Source: an uncultured Bacilli bacterium
Lineage (GTDB): Bacteria > Bacillota_I > Bacilli_A > RFN20 > CAG-826
Length of the DNA: 47,972 bases
Assembly (NCBI GenBank): GCA_905236395.1
Contig: CAJOPR010000008.1
Span: 1 to 47,972 of the forward strand
Direction: 5' to 3'
Position numbers and translations under genes: made by a program. Numbering within the stretch: the stretch's first letter is position 1; every line of letters begins with the position of its first letter. The notes beneath the pieces are model-generated. The model was given only the letters and a program-made list of their open reading frames with translations, had not been told where the DNA came from and did no database searches. Below are positions 25,670 through 35,164 of the stretch, piece after piece.

Positions 25670-26800
25670 ATGGAAGATGAATTATTAAAAGAAGAAGCTC
25701 TTCAAGAAGAAGCTCCAAATCTCGAAAACAAACAGCCTGAAGTTGTTATCGATGTGAAAAACTTAAGCGTTGGCTTCATCGTGAGAGGCAAGAAGATTAA
25801 TGTTATTAGAAACATTGATTTAAAAGTCTACCGTGGTGAAACTCTCGCGATTGTTGGTGAATCCGGTTCAGGTAAATCCGTTACCACAAAGACATTTACC
25901 GGTATGCTCGAAAGCAATGGTAAAGTCACAGGTGGCTCCATCATGTTTGATGGTATGGATTTAGCTAAATTCACCACAAATGAACAATGGCAACCCATCA
26001 GAGGTAAGAGAATCGCAACGATTTTCCAAGACCCAATGACTTCTTTAAACCCATTATTAACCATTGGTTTCCAAATTAGCGAAGTATTAAGACTTCACCA
26101 TGGTTTAAGTAAACAAGAGGCCAAAGAAGAAGCCATTCGTTTATTAAAGAAAGTCCGTATTCCAAACGCGGAAGCTCGTTATGACGATTATCCATTCCAA
26201 TATTCTGGTGGTATGCGTCAGAGAGTTGTTATCGCTATCGCGTTAGCGTGCCGTCCAGAGATCTTAATCTGTGACGAACCAACCACAGCGTTAGACGTTA
26301 CCGTTCAAGCGCAAATTATCGCTCTTATTAAAGAGCTCCAAGAGGAATACCATTGGACCACAATCTTCATTACCCACGACTTAGGTGTTGTGGCTAATGT
26401 CGCAAATAGAATCGCTGTCATGTATGGCGGACAAATCGTGGAATATGGAACAGTGGAGGATGTCTTCTATAATCCTGCACACCCATACACATGGGCATTA
26501 TTATGTTCCTTACCACAATTAGGAAGCAAAGATGAACCTTTAAGTTATATTAAAGGTAATCCTCCATCATTCTCTGGAGAAATCATCGGTGATGCTTTCG
26601 CCCCACGTAATGAATACGCAATGAACATTGACTTTGTCAAAGAACCACCAATGTTCCAAATTTCTCCAACACACTGTGCGAAGACATGGTTACTTGATCC
26701 TCGCGCTCCAAAAGTGGAGAAACCACTTGTTATTCAACAACTACACGAGAGAATGAAACGTGCAGCGGAAGAACTTAAGAGACAGGAGGGTGAAGAGTAA
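25670..26800 (+). CDS. oppD: oligopeptide ABC transporter ATP-binding protein
   Basis: Walker A GESGSGKS, signature YSGGMRQR, Walker B ILICDEPTTALD and an oligopeptide C-terminal extension. The ATG at 25670 follows GAAGGGAGG. Confidence 0.9.
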   Translation: MEDELLKEEALQEEAPNLENKQPEVVIDVKNLSVGFIVRGKKINVIRNIDLKVYRGETLAIVGESGSGKSVTTKTFTGMLESNGKVTGGSIMFDGMDLAKFTTNEQWQPIRGKRIATIFQDPMTSLNPLLTIGFQISEVLRLHHGLSKQEAKEEAIRLLKKVRIPNAEARYDDYPFQYSGGMRQRVVIAIALACRPEILICDEPTTALDVTVQAQIIALIKELQEEYHWTTIFITHDLGVVANVANRIAVMYGGQIVEYGTVEDVFYNPAHPYTWALLCSLPQLGSKDEPLSYIKGNPPSFSGEIIGDAFAPRNEYAMNIDFVKEPPMFQISPTHCAKTWLLDPRAPKVEKPLVIQQLHERMKRAAEELKRQEGEE

Positions 26801-27828
26801 TGGCTTTAAATAATAAGAATAAAATTCTCGCTCCTGAAAATGATGTCTTTGAAATCAGTAGAAAAGAACATCCAGAATGTGAAAAGAACATCGTCGAAAT
26901 GAGAGATGTTCGTGTCGCATTTAAGATTGGTTCTATTGAAAGAGTCATCATCAATCACCTCGACTTAGATATTAGACGTGGAGAAATCCTTGGCCTGGTT
27001 GGTGAATCTGGTTCTGGTAAGACCACAATCGGTCGTGCCTTAATTAGAATTAACAAAGTTAGTGGTGGTGAAATCACCTATAACGGTGTTCGTATTTCTG
27101 GCAAAATCAACAAGAAAGTCGAACGTCTGTTAAAAACAAAGATGCAAATGATCTTCCAAGACCCAGGTGATTCACTTAACGACAGAGCGAATATTGACTA
27201 CATCGTTAGTGAAGGTCTTAGAGCGTTCCATCTTTATAAAGATGAGCAAGATCGTTTAGCCAAGGTCACTCAAATGATGCAGAGAGTGGGCTTACGTCCA
27301 GAGTATTTAACTCGTTACCCACATGAGTTCTCCGGTGGACAAAGACAGAGAATCGGTATCGCAAGATGCATGATTATGAACCCTGAACTTGTTATCGCTG
27401 ACGAACCTATTTCCGCATTAGACGTGTCTATCCGTGCGCAGGTATTAAATCTTATTAGAGAATTCCAACAAGAAAGAAAGATGACGGTTGTCTTTATTGC
27501 ACACGACTTATCAGTCGTCCGTTATATTTCTGACCGTATCGCTGTCATCTATGCCGGCCATATCGTGGAAATTGCTCCTGCAAACAGATTATTTGAGGCA
27601 CCTTTACATCCATATACCAAATCACTTCTTTCTGCGGTTCCAATCCCAGATCCAAAAGTGGAGAGAAAGAAAAAGATTTTAGTATATAATGCAGCAGAAA
27701 CTCATCACTACGTGAAGAGTGACGCTCCTAAACTCGTGGAGATTGAACCAGATCATTTTGTCCGTTGCAATACTCCTGAGCTTGAAGCATACAAAGAAGA
27801 ATTAGTAAGGTTAGGAGGTAAAAAATAA
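26800..27828 (+). CDS. oppF: oligopeptide ABC transporter ATP-binding protein
   Basis: Walker A GESGSGKT, signature FSGGQRQR, Walker [13 protein letters not shown]. The start overlaps the oppD stop. Confidence 0.9.
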   Translation: MALNNKNKILAPENDVFEISRKEHPECEKNIVEMRDVRVAFKIGSIERVIINHLDLDIRRGEILGLVGESGSGKTTIGRALIRINKVSGGEITYNGVRISGKINKKVERLLKTKMQMIFQDPGDSLNDRANIDYIVSEGLRAFHLYKDEQDRLAKVTQMMQRVGLRPEYLTRYPHEFSGGQRQRIGIARCMIMNPELVIADEPISALDVSIRAQVLNLIREFQQERKMTVVFIAHDLSVVRYISDRIAVIYAGHIVEIAPANRLFEAPLHPYTKSLLSAVPIPDPKVERKKKILVYNAAETHHYVKSDAPKLVEIEPDHFVRCNTPELEAYKEELVRLGGKK

Positions 27829-29966
27829 TGGCAAGAGACATTTCTGAACTCGGCGCAGATGTTTTCGACGATACCGTAGTTGTTAACAAAAGCAAAATTT
27901 CTCCTAAGAAAAGAAATTACATTATTGGTTTATCTATAACCGGCGTCCTTTTAGCGGGCGCAATTACCGCATCTGTCATTCTTTGTAACACAGTCTTATT
28001 AGACTATGCCAACGTGACAAATGTGACTTATTACTTCACCCCTCAAACCGCTCTTGAAGAAGGACAAGAATCAACTGCAGTTTTATATAAACTCCAATCT
28101 GATGTCACATATCCTTCAACATTCAGAATTCCTTCACAAGTGAAGGGCTATAAAGTTGTCGGTGTTGCCGAAGAAGCTTTCGCTGGTCACACCGAAATCA
28201 AACACGTTATTTTCCCTAACACTGTGGAATTCGTTGGTGAAAGAGCGTTCGCAGGATGTGAAAACTTATCCAAGTTCACTTGGGGTAAGAAGTTATACGA
28301 TATCGGTGTTGATGCCTTTGATGGCACAGCCTTCTATAACAACTTACTAAAACAAACCAACATTCTTTATGACTTACCAAGTGGTGTCTTAATTTATGTC
28401 GGTAAAGATTACTTACCACAAGGTATCGCTTTAGTTAGTGATGAACTTCCAGAAAGCGAATATGCAAGCATTAAAGCAGAATATGGATCCACATCAGTGA
28501 AGAAATTCTCTGAATATAACATCCGTAACTTCTGTTCTGGCGCTTTCAAAGGCAATGACAAGATTACTTATATCGATCTTCCTAAAGGAATTACTGAAAT
28601 CAGTAAGTCCACATTCGAAGGTTGTTATAACTTACAAGGCTTAGACACCACACACAGTTCCTTAACTAAGATTGGTGTGCGTGGCTTCGCTGAATGCTAT
28701 GCCTTAAATTATATTAAGTTAAAGGATACAGTTGATACTTTAGAGGATGAAGCCTTTAGAGGTATTGGCTTAACCGATTCTATTCCAGATTTAACTCACG
28801 TTGAATTATTAGGCGACTTCTTATTCGCTGAATGTAGTGAATTAACTGGCTTAACTTATGACTTAACAATCGTTCCAAACTATATGTTTGCGGGCTGTTC
28901 CAACTTAGCCACAATCGAATGGGGTGTTGATGATGCTAAAATCGATACAGTTGATTCGTTCGGTTTAGGCGCATTCATGGGCACAAAATTCTCTGAATTT
29001 GTTGTTCCAAAGAATGTCACCTCCATCGAAGATGAAACATTTGAAGGCTGCACAAGCCTTACCAAAGTCATGTTCTATGGCAATCCAAATTATGAACTCA
29101 TGCCAGATTTAGGCGGTTCATACATCGATGATGATGGCGTTGAACGTGAAGGTGTCCTTAAAGGACTCCAATTAATCAAAGCATCAGCGTTCGATGGCTG
29201 TACAAGTTTAGCCACAATCGGTTTATATGGTGATGACTATCTCGATTGGGATGTCACTCCTAATGAATTCCATTTCCCAAGATCTCTTGAAAAGACCGAT
29301 ATCAACACAACCGTTTCTGGTAGTAACAATAGAGTGTTCTATGGTAGCGCCGCTACGAAAGTGGTGTTCTCCGCGAACACAAAAGCCATTGGTTCTTATG
29401 CTTTCGCTAATAACTCATTATTAGAAGAAGTGGAATTCAAGAATGCTGATAAATCTAGATTAACAACTGTTAAGAAGAATGCATTTGAAAATTGTTCTTC
29501 ATTACAATCGTTAACATTCCCTGCTTCATTAGAATCAGTGGAAGCATCCGCTTTCAAGAACTGTACATCAATCACAAGTATTGATTTAGGCTCCACAAAG
29601 ATTAAATCAATTCCATCCGAATTATTTAACAATTGTCCAGAACTCGTCAGTGCCAGTATTCCAAATTCTGTCACTAACGTGAAATCAAATGCCTACTATC
29701 AAAACTACAAGCTTGAATATGTTATTCTTCCAACTTCAATTACAGAATTACAAAGTAAAGCTTTCACAAAGATGAGACTTGATGGTGAAGGTACAATGCC
29801 AATCTTCTTCGCTTGGGGTGCCGGTGACACCACTAGAAGAAACATTGCCTCTTCTTGGAAAGATATAACTGTGCAAGAATACTACTTCCTTGCTGAAGGC
29901 GAAGAAAAGGTTGAAGGTAAACACTATTGGCAATACGTTGCTGGTGTCCCAACAATCGTTGATTAA
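27828..29966 (+). CDS. BspA-type leucine-rich-repeat surface protein with an N-terminal membrane anchor (712 aa)
   Basis: N-terminal TM helix IIGLSITGVLLAGAITASVIL. Many repeats follow of the form xIxxxAFxxCxxLxxIxhP (LRR_5/BspA type). The start overlaps the oppF stop (TAATG). Confidence 0.85.
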   Translation: MARDISELGADVFDDTVVVNKSKISPKKRNYIIGLSITGVLLAGAITASVILCNTVLLDYANVTNVTYYFTPQTALEEGQESTAVLYKLQSDVTYPSTFRIPSQVKGYKVVGVAEEAFAGHTEIKHVIFPNTVEFVGERAFAGCENLSKFTWGKKLYDIGVDAFDGTAFYNNLLKQTNILYDLPSGVLIYVGKDYLPQGIALVSDELPESEYASIKAEYGSTSVKKFSEYNIRNFCSGAFKGNDKITYIDLPKGITEISKSTFEGCYNLQGLDTTHSSLTKIGVRGFAECYALNYIKLKDTVDTLEDEAFRGIGLTDSIPDLTHVELLGDFLFAECSELTGLTYDLTIVPNYMFAGCSNLATIEWGVDDAKIDTVDSFGLGAFMGTKFSEFVVPKNVTSIEDETFEGCTSLTKVMFYGNPNYELMPDLGGSYIDDDGVEREGVLKGLQLIKASAFDGCTSLATIGLYGDDYLDWDVTPNEFHFPRSLEKTDINTTVSGSNNRVFYGSAATKVVFSANTKAIGSYAFANNSLLEEVEFKNADKSRLTTVKKNAFENCSSLQSLTFPASLESVEASAFKNCTSITSIDLGSTKIKSIPSELFNNCPELVSASIPNSVTNVKSNAYYQNYKLEYVILPTSITELQSKAFTKMRLDGEGTMPIFFAWGAGDTTRRNIASSWKDITVQEYYFLAEGEEKVEGKHYWQYVAGVPTIVD

Positions 29967-29977
29967 TAATTATTAAT

Positions 29978-30006
29978 GGACGGCGAAAATGCCGTCCTTT
30001 TCTTTT
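29978..30006 (+). terminator. rho-independent terminator ending the opp-LRR operon
   Basis: Stem ggacggc/gccgtcc with loop gaaaat, followed by ttttctttt. Confidence 0.8.
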
Positions 30007-30013
30007 AAATAAA

Positions 30014-30041
30014 AACAAGATGATAATTTAATCACCTTGTT
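30014..30041 (-). terminator. candidate terminator of the flippase gene
   Basis: 11-bp stem aacaagatgat/atcaccttgtt with one mismatch. T-rich sequence follows on the minus strand. Confidence 0.45.
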
Positions 30042-30077
30042 ATTAAATATGTCTTAAAACCGTGCAAATTAATGGTT

Positions 30078-31613
30078 TTATTGGACTTCTGCTTTATTTT
30101 TATCTTTTCTAATGAAGGAATAAACGAGATCTTCTTTAGTTATTCCCAAGAATACTAGATAAATAATTGCATCTATGAACACTAATGAAACCATTTGTAA
30201 TATCGCGGATACTGTAGTTGATAATGCGAAATGTCCCCATAACATTTCAAGTGGTCTATAGAGCAATAATGAGACCGCTAAGATAATAAGGTTTGCGATT
30301 AAGAGTTTCAATGTGTTCTTGTTAAAGATGGCTTGCTTGACCCATTTCCATGTTAACGATATTAAGAATATAACAATTAATAAGTCGGTAGCCGCTGTAC
30401 CGATAGCCACACCGATGGCAGGTGACATCCACGCTACTTTAGTCGAAACATATCCACCCAAGAGGATTGATAAACCAATATTTAAAACGGTACCTGTTCC
30501 AATAGCGATTAAATAATATTTCTCTTTCTTCATTGGAAGAAGGATTTGACCATAGATGATATCACCGATGGAATAGGTGAGCATCATGGAACACAAAGTG
30601 ATAAGAATAGTGGGGGCTGTTAAATAACTAGCGTCCGCACTGGTGTAATCAAAGTTACCAGAAATCAAAGAACAGATTGGTTTAGCTAATACCGCCATGG
30701 TGACAATCGCGGGCATAACTATAAACAAACAGATGTTCATTGAGTATTTGGTTAAGTTATTAAAGAAACGTTTATCTTCTTTGCCATAGTAATAGGCTGC
30801 TCTTGGAATAAAGACAGTAGATAAACCAGCAATAATACCAATGATGATATCAATGCCTTTAATACCAACTGAGTAGCTAGCAACTTCCTTCTTATCAGCG
30901 TTGATGAAACCTAAGATAAATGTATCTGTTTGATTATATAAAGATAGAATCAAAGACAAGCTACACAAGATAAATAGAGGTTTCACATATTCTTTAAAGG
31001 AATATGGCATAGTCTTTTTAAAGGATATAAACTTCCTTACATATATCAAGTTAGCGATCGTGGTTACCACGGTCACACTGACGGCGATTAATGAATAGAT
31101 ATAGACATCACTTGGTGTGGTAACAAAGGCGATAACTAAAACAGCGCAGAGTGTTAAAGCAACGATGGATCTAACGGACATATAGAATTGTTTTTCTAAT
31201 GCGATAAAGACCCATTCAAATGAGAAAGCACCAACGATGAAGTTGATAGATAAGATGAATATTAATGCGCTACTATCTCTAAGTGCAGGAACACTAAAGA
31301 CAACCGCACACATAAGTCCGAAGGAAATCATCGTAGCGATGAGCTGCAATAAGAAGAATCCTTGAACTTTATTAGATAGTTTCTCTTTATCGTCTCTCAC
31401 TTTGACACATTCTCTAACCGCTAGGTTTGGGATACCAATTTTAGCTAAGATTAGGAAGTATGCGACAAAGGTATTTGCCCATGTATATGCACCTACTGCG
31501 GAGTCACCCAAGTAGCGGCACACCCATGGGAAAGTGATGAAAGATAATAAGGTCAATACAAGTGTCCTTATTATGTTGACGATAACATTAATTCTCGTAT
31601 TGTCGTTTTTCAT
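30078..31613 (-). CDS. Wzx-type oligosaccharide/polysaccharide flippase (MOP superfamily)
   Basis: 511 aa with about 14 TM helices. The N-terminal region VNIIRTLVLTLLSFITFPWVCRYLGDSAVGAYTWANTF is typical of the Polysacc_synt family. Confidence 0.85.
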   Translation of the reverse strand: MKNDNTRINVIVNIIRTLVLTLLSFITFPWVCRYLGDSAVGAYTWANTFVAYFLILAKIGIPNLAVRECVKVRDDKEKLSNKVQGFFLLQLIATMISFGLMCAVVFSVPALRDSSALIFILSINFIVGAFSFEWVFIALEKQFYMSVRSIVALTLCAVLVIAFVTTPSDVYIYSLIAVSVTVVTTIANLIYVRKFISFKKTMPYSFKEYVKPLFILCSLSLILSLYNQTDTFILGFINADKKEVASYSVGIKGIDIIIGIIAGLSTVFIPRAAYYYGKEDKRFFNNLTKYSMNICLFIVMPAIVTMAVLAKPICSLISGNFDYTSADASYLTAPTILITLCSMMLTYSIGDIIYGQILLPMKKEKYYLIAIGTGTVLNIGLSILLGGYVSTKVAWMSPAIGVAIGTAATDLLIVIFLISLTWKWVKQAIFNKNTLKLLIANLIILAVSLLLYRPLEMLWGHFALSTTVSAILQMVSLVFIDAIIYLVFLGITKEDLVYSFIRKDKNKAEVQ

Positions 31614-31669
31614 TAACTATAATTCTATACATTTTTTTCTCATGATTAAATTATTATTTAAGGTGATTA

Positions 31670-31699
31670 TTGATAACCGATAGTCAAAAATACTAAAAT
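31670..31699 (+). promoter_or_regulatory. candidate sigma-70 promoter giving a leaderless GT4 mRNA
   Basis: TTGATA (31670-31675), an 18-nt spacer, then TAAAAT (31694-31699). The ATG at 31707 is 7 nt downstream with no SD. Confidence 0.45.
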
Positions 31700-31706
31700 A
31701 AAGTCC

Positions 31707-32891
31707 ATGAAGATACTTGCAATCTGTCAATATTACTATCCCGAAAACATGGTTTTCACAAACATATGTGAAGAGTTAGTAAAACAAGGTAACGATGTTA
31801 CCGTTTTAACTGGTAAACCAAACTATGGATATGGAGAGATAATTCCAGAATATAAAAAAGTGAAATATGAAGAGATTAACGGTGTGAAAGTTCACCGCGT
31901 TAATTTGATTGCTCGTAAAAAATCTAGATTATCAATTATTAGAAACTACTTATCATTCTGGTCTAGTTCTAAGAAGTGGATTAGAAAATGTAAGGAAGAA
32001 TATGACATTGTTTATTCAATGAGTATGTCTCCAGTCACCATTCTTTCCGCGGGCAACTTATATAAGAAGAAACACCATGTTAAACATGTCGTCCACTGTG
32101 TGGACTTATGGCCAGAGAGTGTTCTTGTTACTCACGCGGTGAGAAAGAATTCTTTGATGTATAAGATTCTTTATAAGTGGAGTGTTGATCTTTATAAGGA
32201 TGTTGACCACGTCATCATCGGTTCCCCATCCTATAAAGAATACTTTGAAAAAGTATTAAAGCTAGAAAAGAAGACAACATTTGCGGCACTTCCAAGTTTA
32301 GTGGAATCTAATGATACTGAGCCATTTAAATATGAAAAGAAATTCAATATTCTCTATTGTGGTAACCTTGGTTTAATTCAATTAATTGACTTAATCCCAG
32401 AGGCTATGAAAGAGATTAATAATCCCGATATTCAATTCCATGTTATTGGTATGGGGCCAAAGAGTGATAAACTCCAATCCCTTATTAAAGAATATGGATT
32501 AGAAGACAAACTTGTTTATCATGGACCAATTCCTGCGAAGAAAGCCGCATCATATTTCGCTAGTGCGGATGCTTTATATGTCTCACTGAAGAACGATGGA
32601 TATGTTGGTAAAACCATTCCAAACAAGTTAATGATGTCCATGGCTTTTGGTAAACCAATTCTTGGTGTTATCTCAGGTGATGGTAAAGACTTATTAGAAA
32701 AAGCCGGTGGCGCATTGATTGCGGAAGAAAACGCATCTTCAATCGCAAAGCGCATTAATGAATTTGCGGATATGTCTGACGAAGAAAGAAAAAAACTCGG
32801 CAAATTGAACCAAGCTTATTACTTCTCTCATTTATCAATTGCCAGTTGTGGCAAGTTGATCAATGATATCTTACTTGATGAATTGAAGTAG
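31707..32891 (+). CDS. GT4-family glycosyltransferase (WcaI/WbuB-like)
   Basis: MKILAICQYYYPENMVFTNICEELVKQGNDVTVLTGKPNY N-terminal domain and a C-terminal Glycos_transf_1-like region. Confidence 0.85.
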   Translation: MKILAICQYYYPENMVFTNICEELVKQGNDVTVLTGKPNYGYGEIIPEYKKVKYEEINGVKVHRVNLIARKKSRLSIIRNYLSFWSSSKKWIRKCKEEYDIVYSMSMSPVTILSAGNLYKKKHHVKHVVHCVDLWPESVLVTHAVRKNSLMYKILYKWSVDLYKDVDHVIIGSPSYKEYFEKVLKLEKKTTFAALPSLVESNDTEPFKYEKKFNILYCGNLGLIQLIDLIPEAMKEINNPDIQFHVIGMGPKSDKLQSLIKEYGLEDKLVYHGPIPAKKAASYFASADALYVSLKNDGYVGKTIPNKLMMSMAFGKPILGVISGDGKDLLEKAGGALIAEENASSIAKRINEFADMSDEERKKLGKLNQAYYFSHLSIASCGKLINDILLDELK

Positions 32892-34025
32892 GAATTGATT
32901 AACGCTATTAGAGATAGATTCCAATGAATAGAGTTTTAAAACTCTATTTTTTGTTTTCTCTCCCATGTTTTCTCTTTCTACTTCAGTCATATCTAAGACT
33001 TTATTTAAACCAGAAAGAATATCTTTTTCATTAGAGGATTCAATCCAAATTATATCTTCCGGGAATTTTTCTTTTAAGATGGAATTCTTCACAGAGATAA
33101 CTGGTCTACCCATAGACATGTATTCAAGTGTTTTACTTGGGATAGAGAATCTATCTAAGTCTTCTGAGAATGGTCTTGGGTTAATACAGGCTAAGGAATT
33201 ATATTCATACTCCATAACTTTGTTAACTGGTAATAAACCAAGGAACTTGATGTTAGAAGAACCACCGATAGCTTCTTTTAATCTTTCTTTGTTTCCATGG
33301 TGGCCACAGATATATAACTCAACATCTTCGTTATTAAGTTTTTGGAATGCAGAGATGAGGCTATAGACACCATATCTTTCCATTAAAGCACCGCCGAAGA
33401 AGAAGTATGGTTTCTTATTATCACCATATTTCTCATATTTACGATCCTCTACGAGACCTTCAAATATATAACTTGGTTTGTTTTCTGGATTAAATAAATC
33501 TTTTAAACCTTCGGTTAAGGCAATAACACCACTATATTGTTCAGCAGCTTTCAATAAGTGAAGTGTATATGATCTGGATGTACCAGAAATGTTACTTGGT
33601 GAATCAGTACAAATACCGATAAGAGGACGTTTATAACGTTTAGCCATCTTTGTGGCGGTATTAACGACAGATGTATTAATGGTATCTGTTAAGAAAACAG
33701 ATTCAGATAAATCCATACCACTTAGAATTTTTCCGACATCTGGATTGATTGTTAATGTTCTATAAATCTTTCCACCCCATCTTTTGATATAGTGCCAGGT
33801 GATGTTGCCATCACTCTTAGTTTCTTTTTTTAAAGAAAGAACTCTAGTCTTACTGTTGGAGAATGGACGTATGGAAATAACTTCCACTTTGTTATTGATA
33901 GCAAGAGAACGAATTAACTTGTTATGGAAATTCTGATTGCTAGCATTAAGTGGGATTTTCCAAATATTTATAAAAGAACGATAGTCTTTTTCATCTTGAG
34001 CAGTGGTGAAATAAATAATTTTCAT
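32871..34025 (-). CDS. GT4/GT1-family glycosyltransferase
   Basis: GT-B fold pattern with C-terminal PSKTLEYMSMGRPVIS motif. The 3' end overlaps the convergent GT4 gene by 21 nt. Confidence 0.8.
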   Translation of the reverse strand: MKIIYFTTAQDEKDYRSFINIWKIPLNASNQNFHNKLIRSLAINNKVEVISIRPFSNSKTRVLSLKKETKSDGNITWHYIKRWGGKIYRTLTINPDVGKILSGMDLSESVFLTDTINTSVVNTATKMAKRYKRPLIGICTDSPSNISGTSRSYTLHLLKAAEQYSGVIALTEGLKDLFNPENKPSYIFEGLVEDRKYEKYGDNKKPYFFFGGALMERYGVYSLISAFQKLNNEDVELYICGHHGNKERLKEAIGGSSNIKFLGLLPVNKVMEYEYNSLACINPRPFSEDLDRFSIPSKTLEYMSMGRPVISVKNSILKEKFPEDIIWIESSNEKDILSGLNKVLDMTEVERENMGEKTKNRVLKLYSLESISNSVNQFLLQFIK

Positions 34026-35110
34026 TATTCCTTCCTCCCCAATAATTCGTTAAGTGTTTTAGCGGATTGTTCAATGGTGTTTTTCTTCGCGGTCGCGATT
34101 GCGTCTTCGCTAGATAATCTATCCGCTGTATCAATTGCGTTTGTAATACAAATTTCATCTTCAATATCTACGAGATATCCATTGTGTCCATCGTTGATAA
34201 TGTCTCTAGAAGAGACAACTCTATCAGAAGAGATAACTGGAAGACCATTAGCCATAGCTTCTAATGTCGTATGACCAAAGATATCTTCTTGAGATAAAGT
34301 TATGAAATAATCACAGGACTTTAAGATTTCGAATAACTCCGTTTTCTTTTGAAAATCCATTAACATAACGTTTGTTAAATCGTTATCTTTGATAAAGCGT
34401 TCATATTTCTCTTTATCTTTACCCGCACCGATTAATAGGAGAGATTCTGTTCTTCCTTTAAATGCAGACATTAATTGGATGTTATTCTTTCTTTCGATAA
34501 ATTGAGAAGCATTAGCAAAGAGTTTTCCACCAGGAAGATTATATTTTCTTCTTAATTCAAACTTTTCATCCGCGCTTAATGGTTTTGCGATAATTTCATT
34601 ATCGAAATAATTACCATATGGATAGTGATAGATTCTCTTTTCGTCCGCACCATAGTGGAGCAAATATTTATCGGCTTCTAGGCATGGTGAGAACCATTTA
34701 TCAGCATGAGAAATGAAATATGTCTTCATTTTCTTTTTCCATGAAGAATCTTTTTTAATAACGCCGCCATTTATTTGTAGGACATAGGGGACATGATGTT
34801 TGACCATCCATTTGATAGCGCGCATCTCAGCGATTGTACTATAACCATTCATGACTATTAAGTCATACTCATTATGGTGTTGTTTGATATATTTCTTTAA
34901 AGCACCAGTGAATGTGTTTTCATTACTAAATCCCCCGTGTTTCAAGAAAAATGTTGGGAAATTGTATTTATTTTCCGCATAAAAAGAAGCGGGCCTATCC
35001 TTAGCGGAACGTCTTTCAAATATCACTTGGATATCGGTTAATTTCGCTAATTCGTTAAAGACATGAACCTTGTATGGAGCGGGATGGTTAAATACGAATA
35101 ATGCCTTCAT
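34025..35110 (-). CDS. GT4/GT1-family glycosyltransferase
   Basis: FGHTTLEAMANGLPVISSD motif (E-x7-E region). Its stop overlaps the start of the downstream GT gene. Confidence 0.8.
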   Translation of the reverse strand: MKALFVFNHPAPYKVHVFNELAKLTDIQVIFERRSAKDRPASFYAENKYNFPTFFLKHGGFSNENTFTGALKKYIKQHHNEYDLIVMNGYSTIAEMRAIKWMVKHHVPYVLQINGGVIKKDSSWKKKMKTYFISHADKWFSPCLEADKYLLHYGADEKRIYHYPYGNYFDNEIIAKPLSADEKFELRRKYNLPGGKLFANASQFIERKNNIQLMSAFKGRTESLLLIGAGKDKEKYERFIKDNDLTNVMLMDFQKKTELFEILKSCDYFITLSQEDIFGHTTLEAMANGLPVISSDRVVSSRDIINDGHNGYLVDIEDEICITNAIDTADRLSSEDAIATAKKNTIEQSAKTLNELLGRKE

Positions 35111-35164
35111 AATTTCACATTATATACCATTTATACATTTTATAAAAAATGTTATCATTCTTTC

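Noticed and set aside
32965-34274. Plus-strand ORFs 32965-33366 and 33924-34274 opposite the two minus-strand glycosyltransferase genes.
   Set aside because: They are shadow frames of genes with clear GT-B motifs, and their peptide composition is Ser/Leu-rich and low in complexity.
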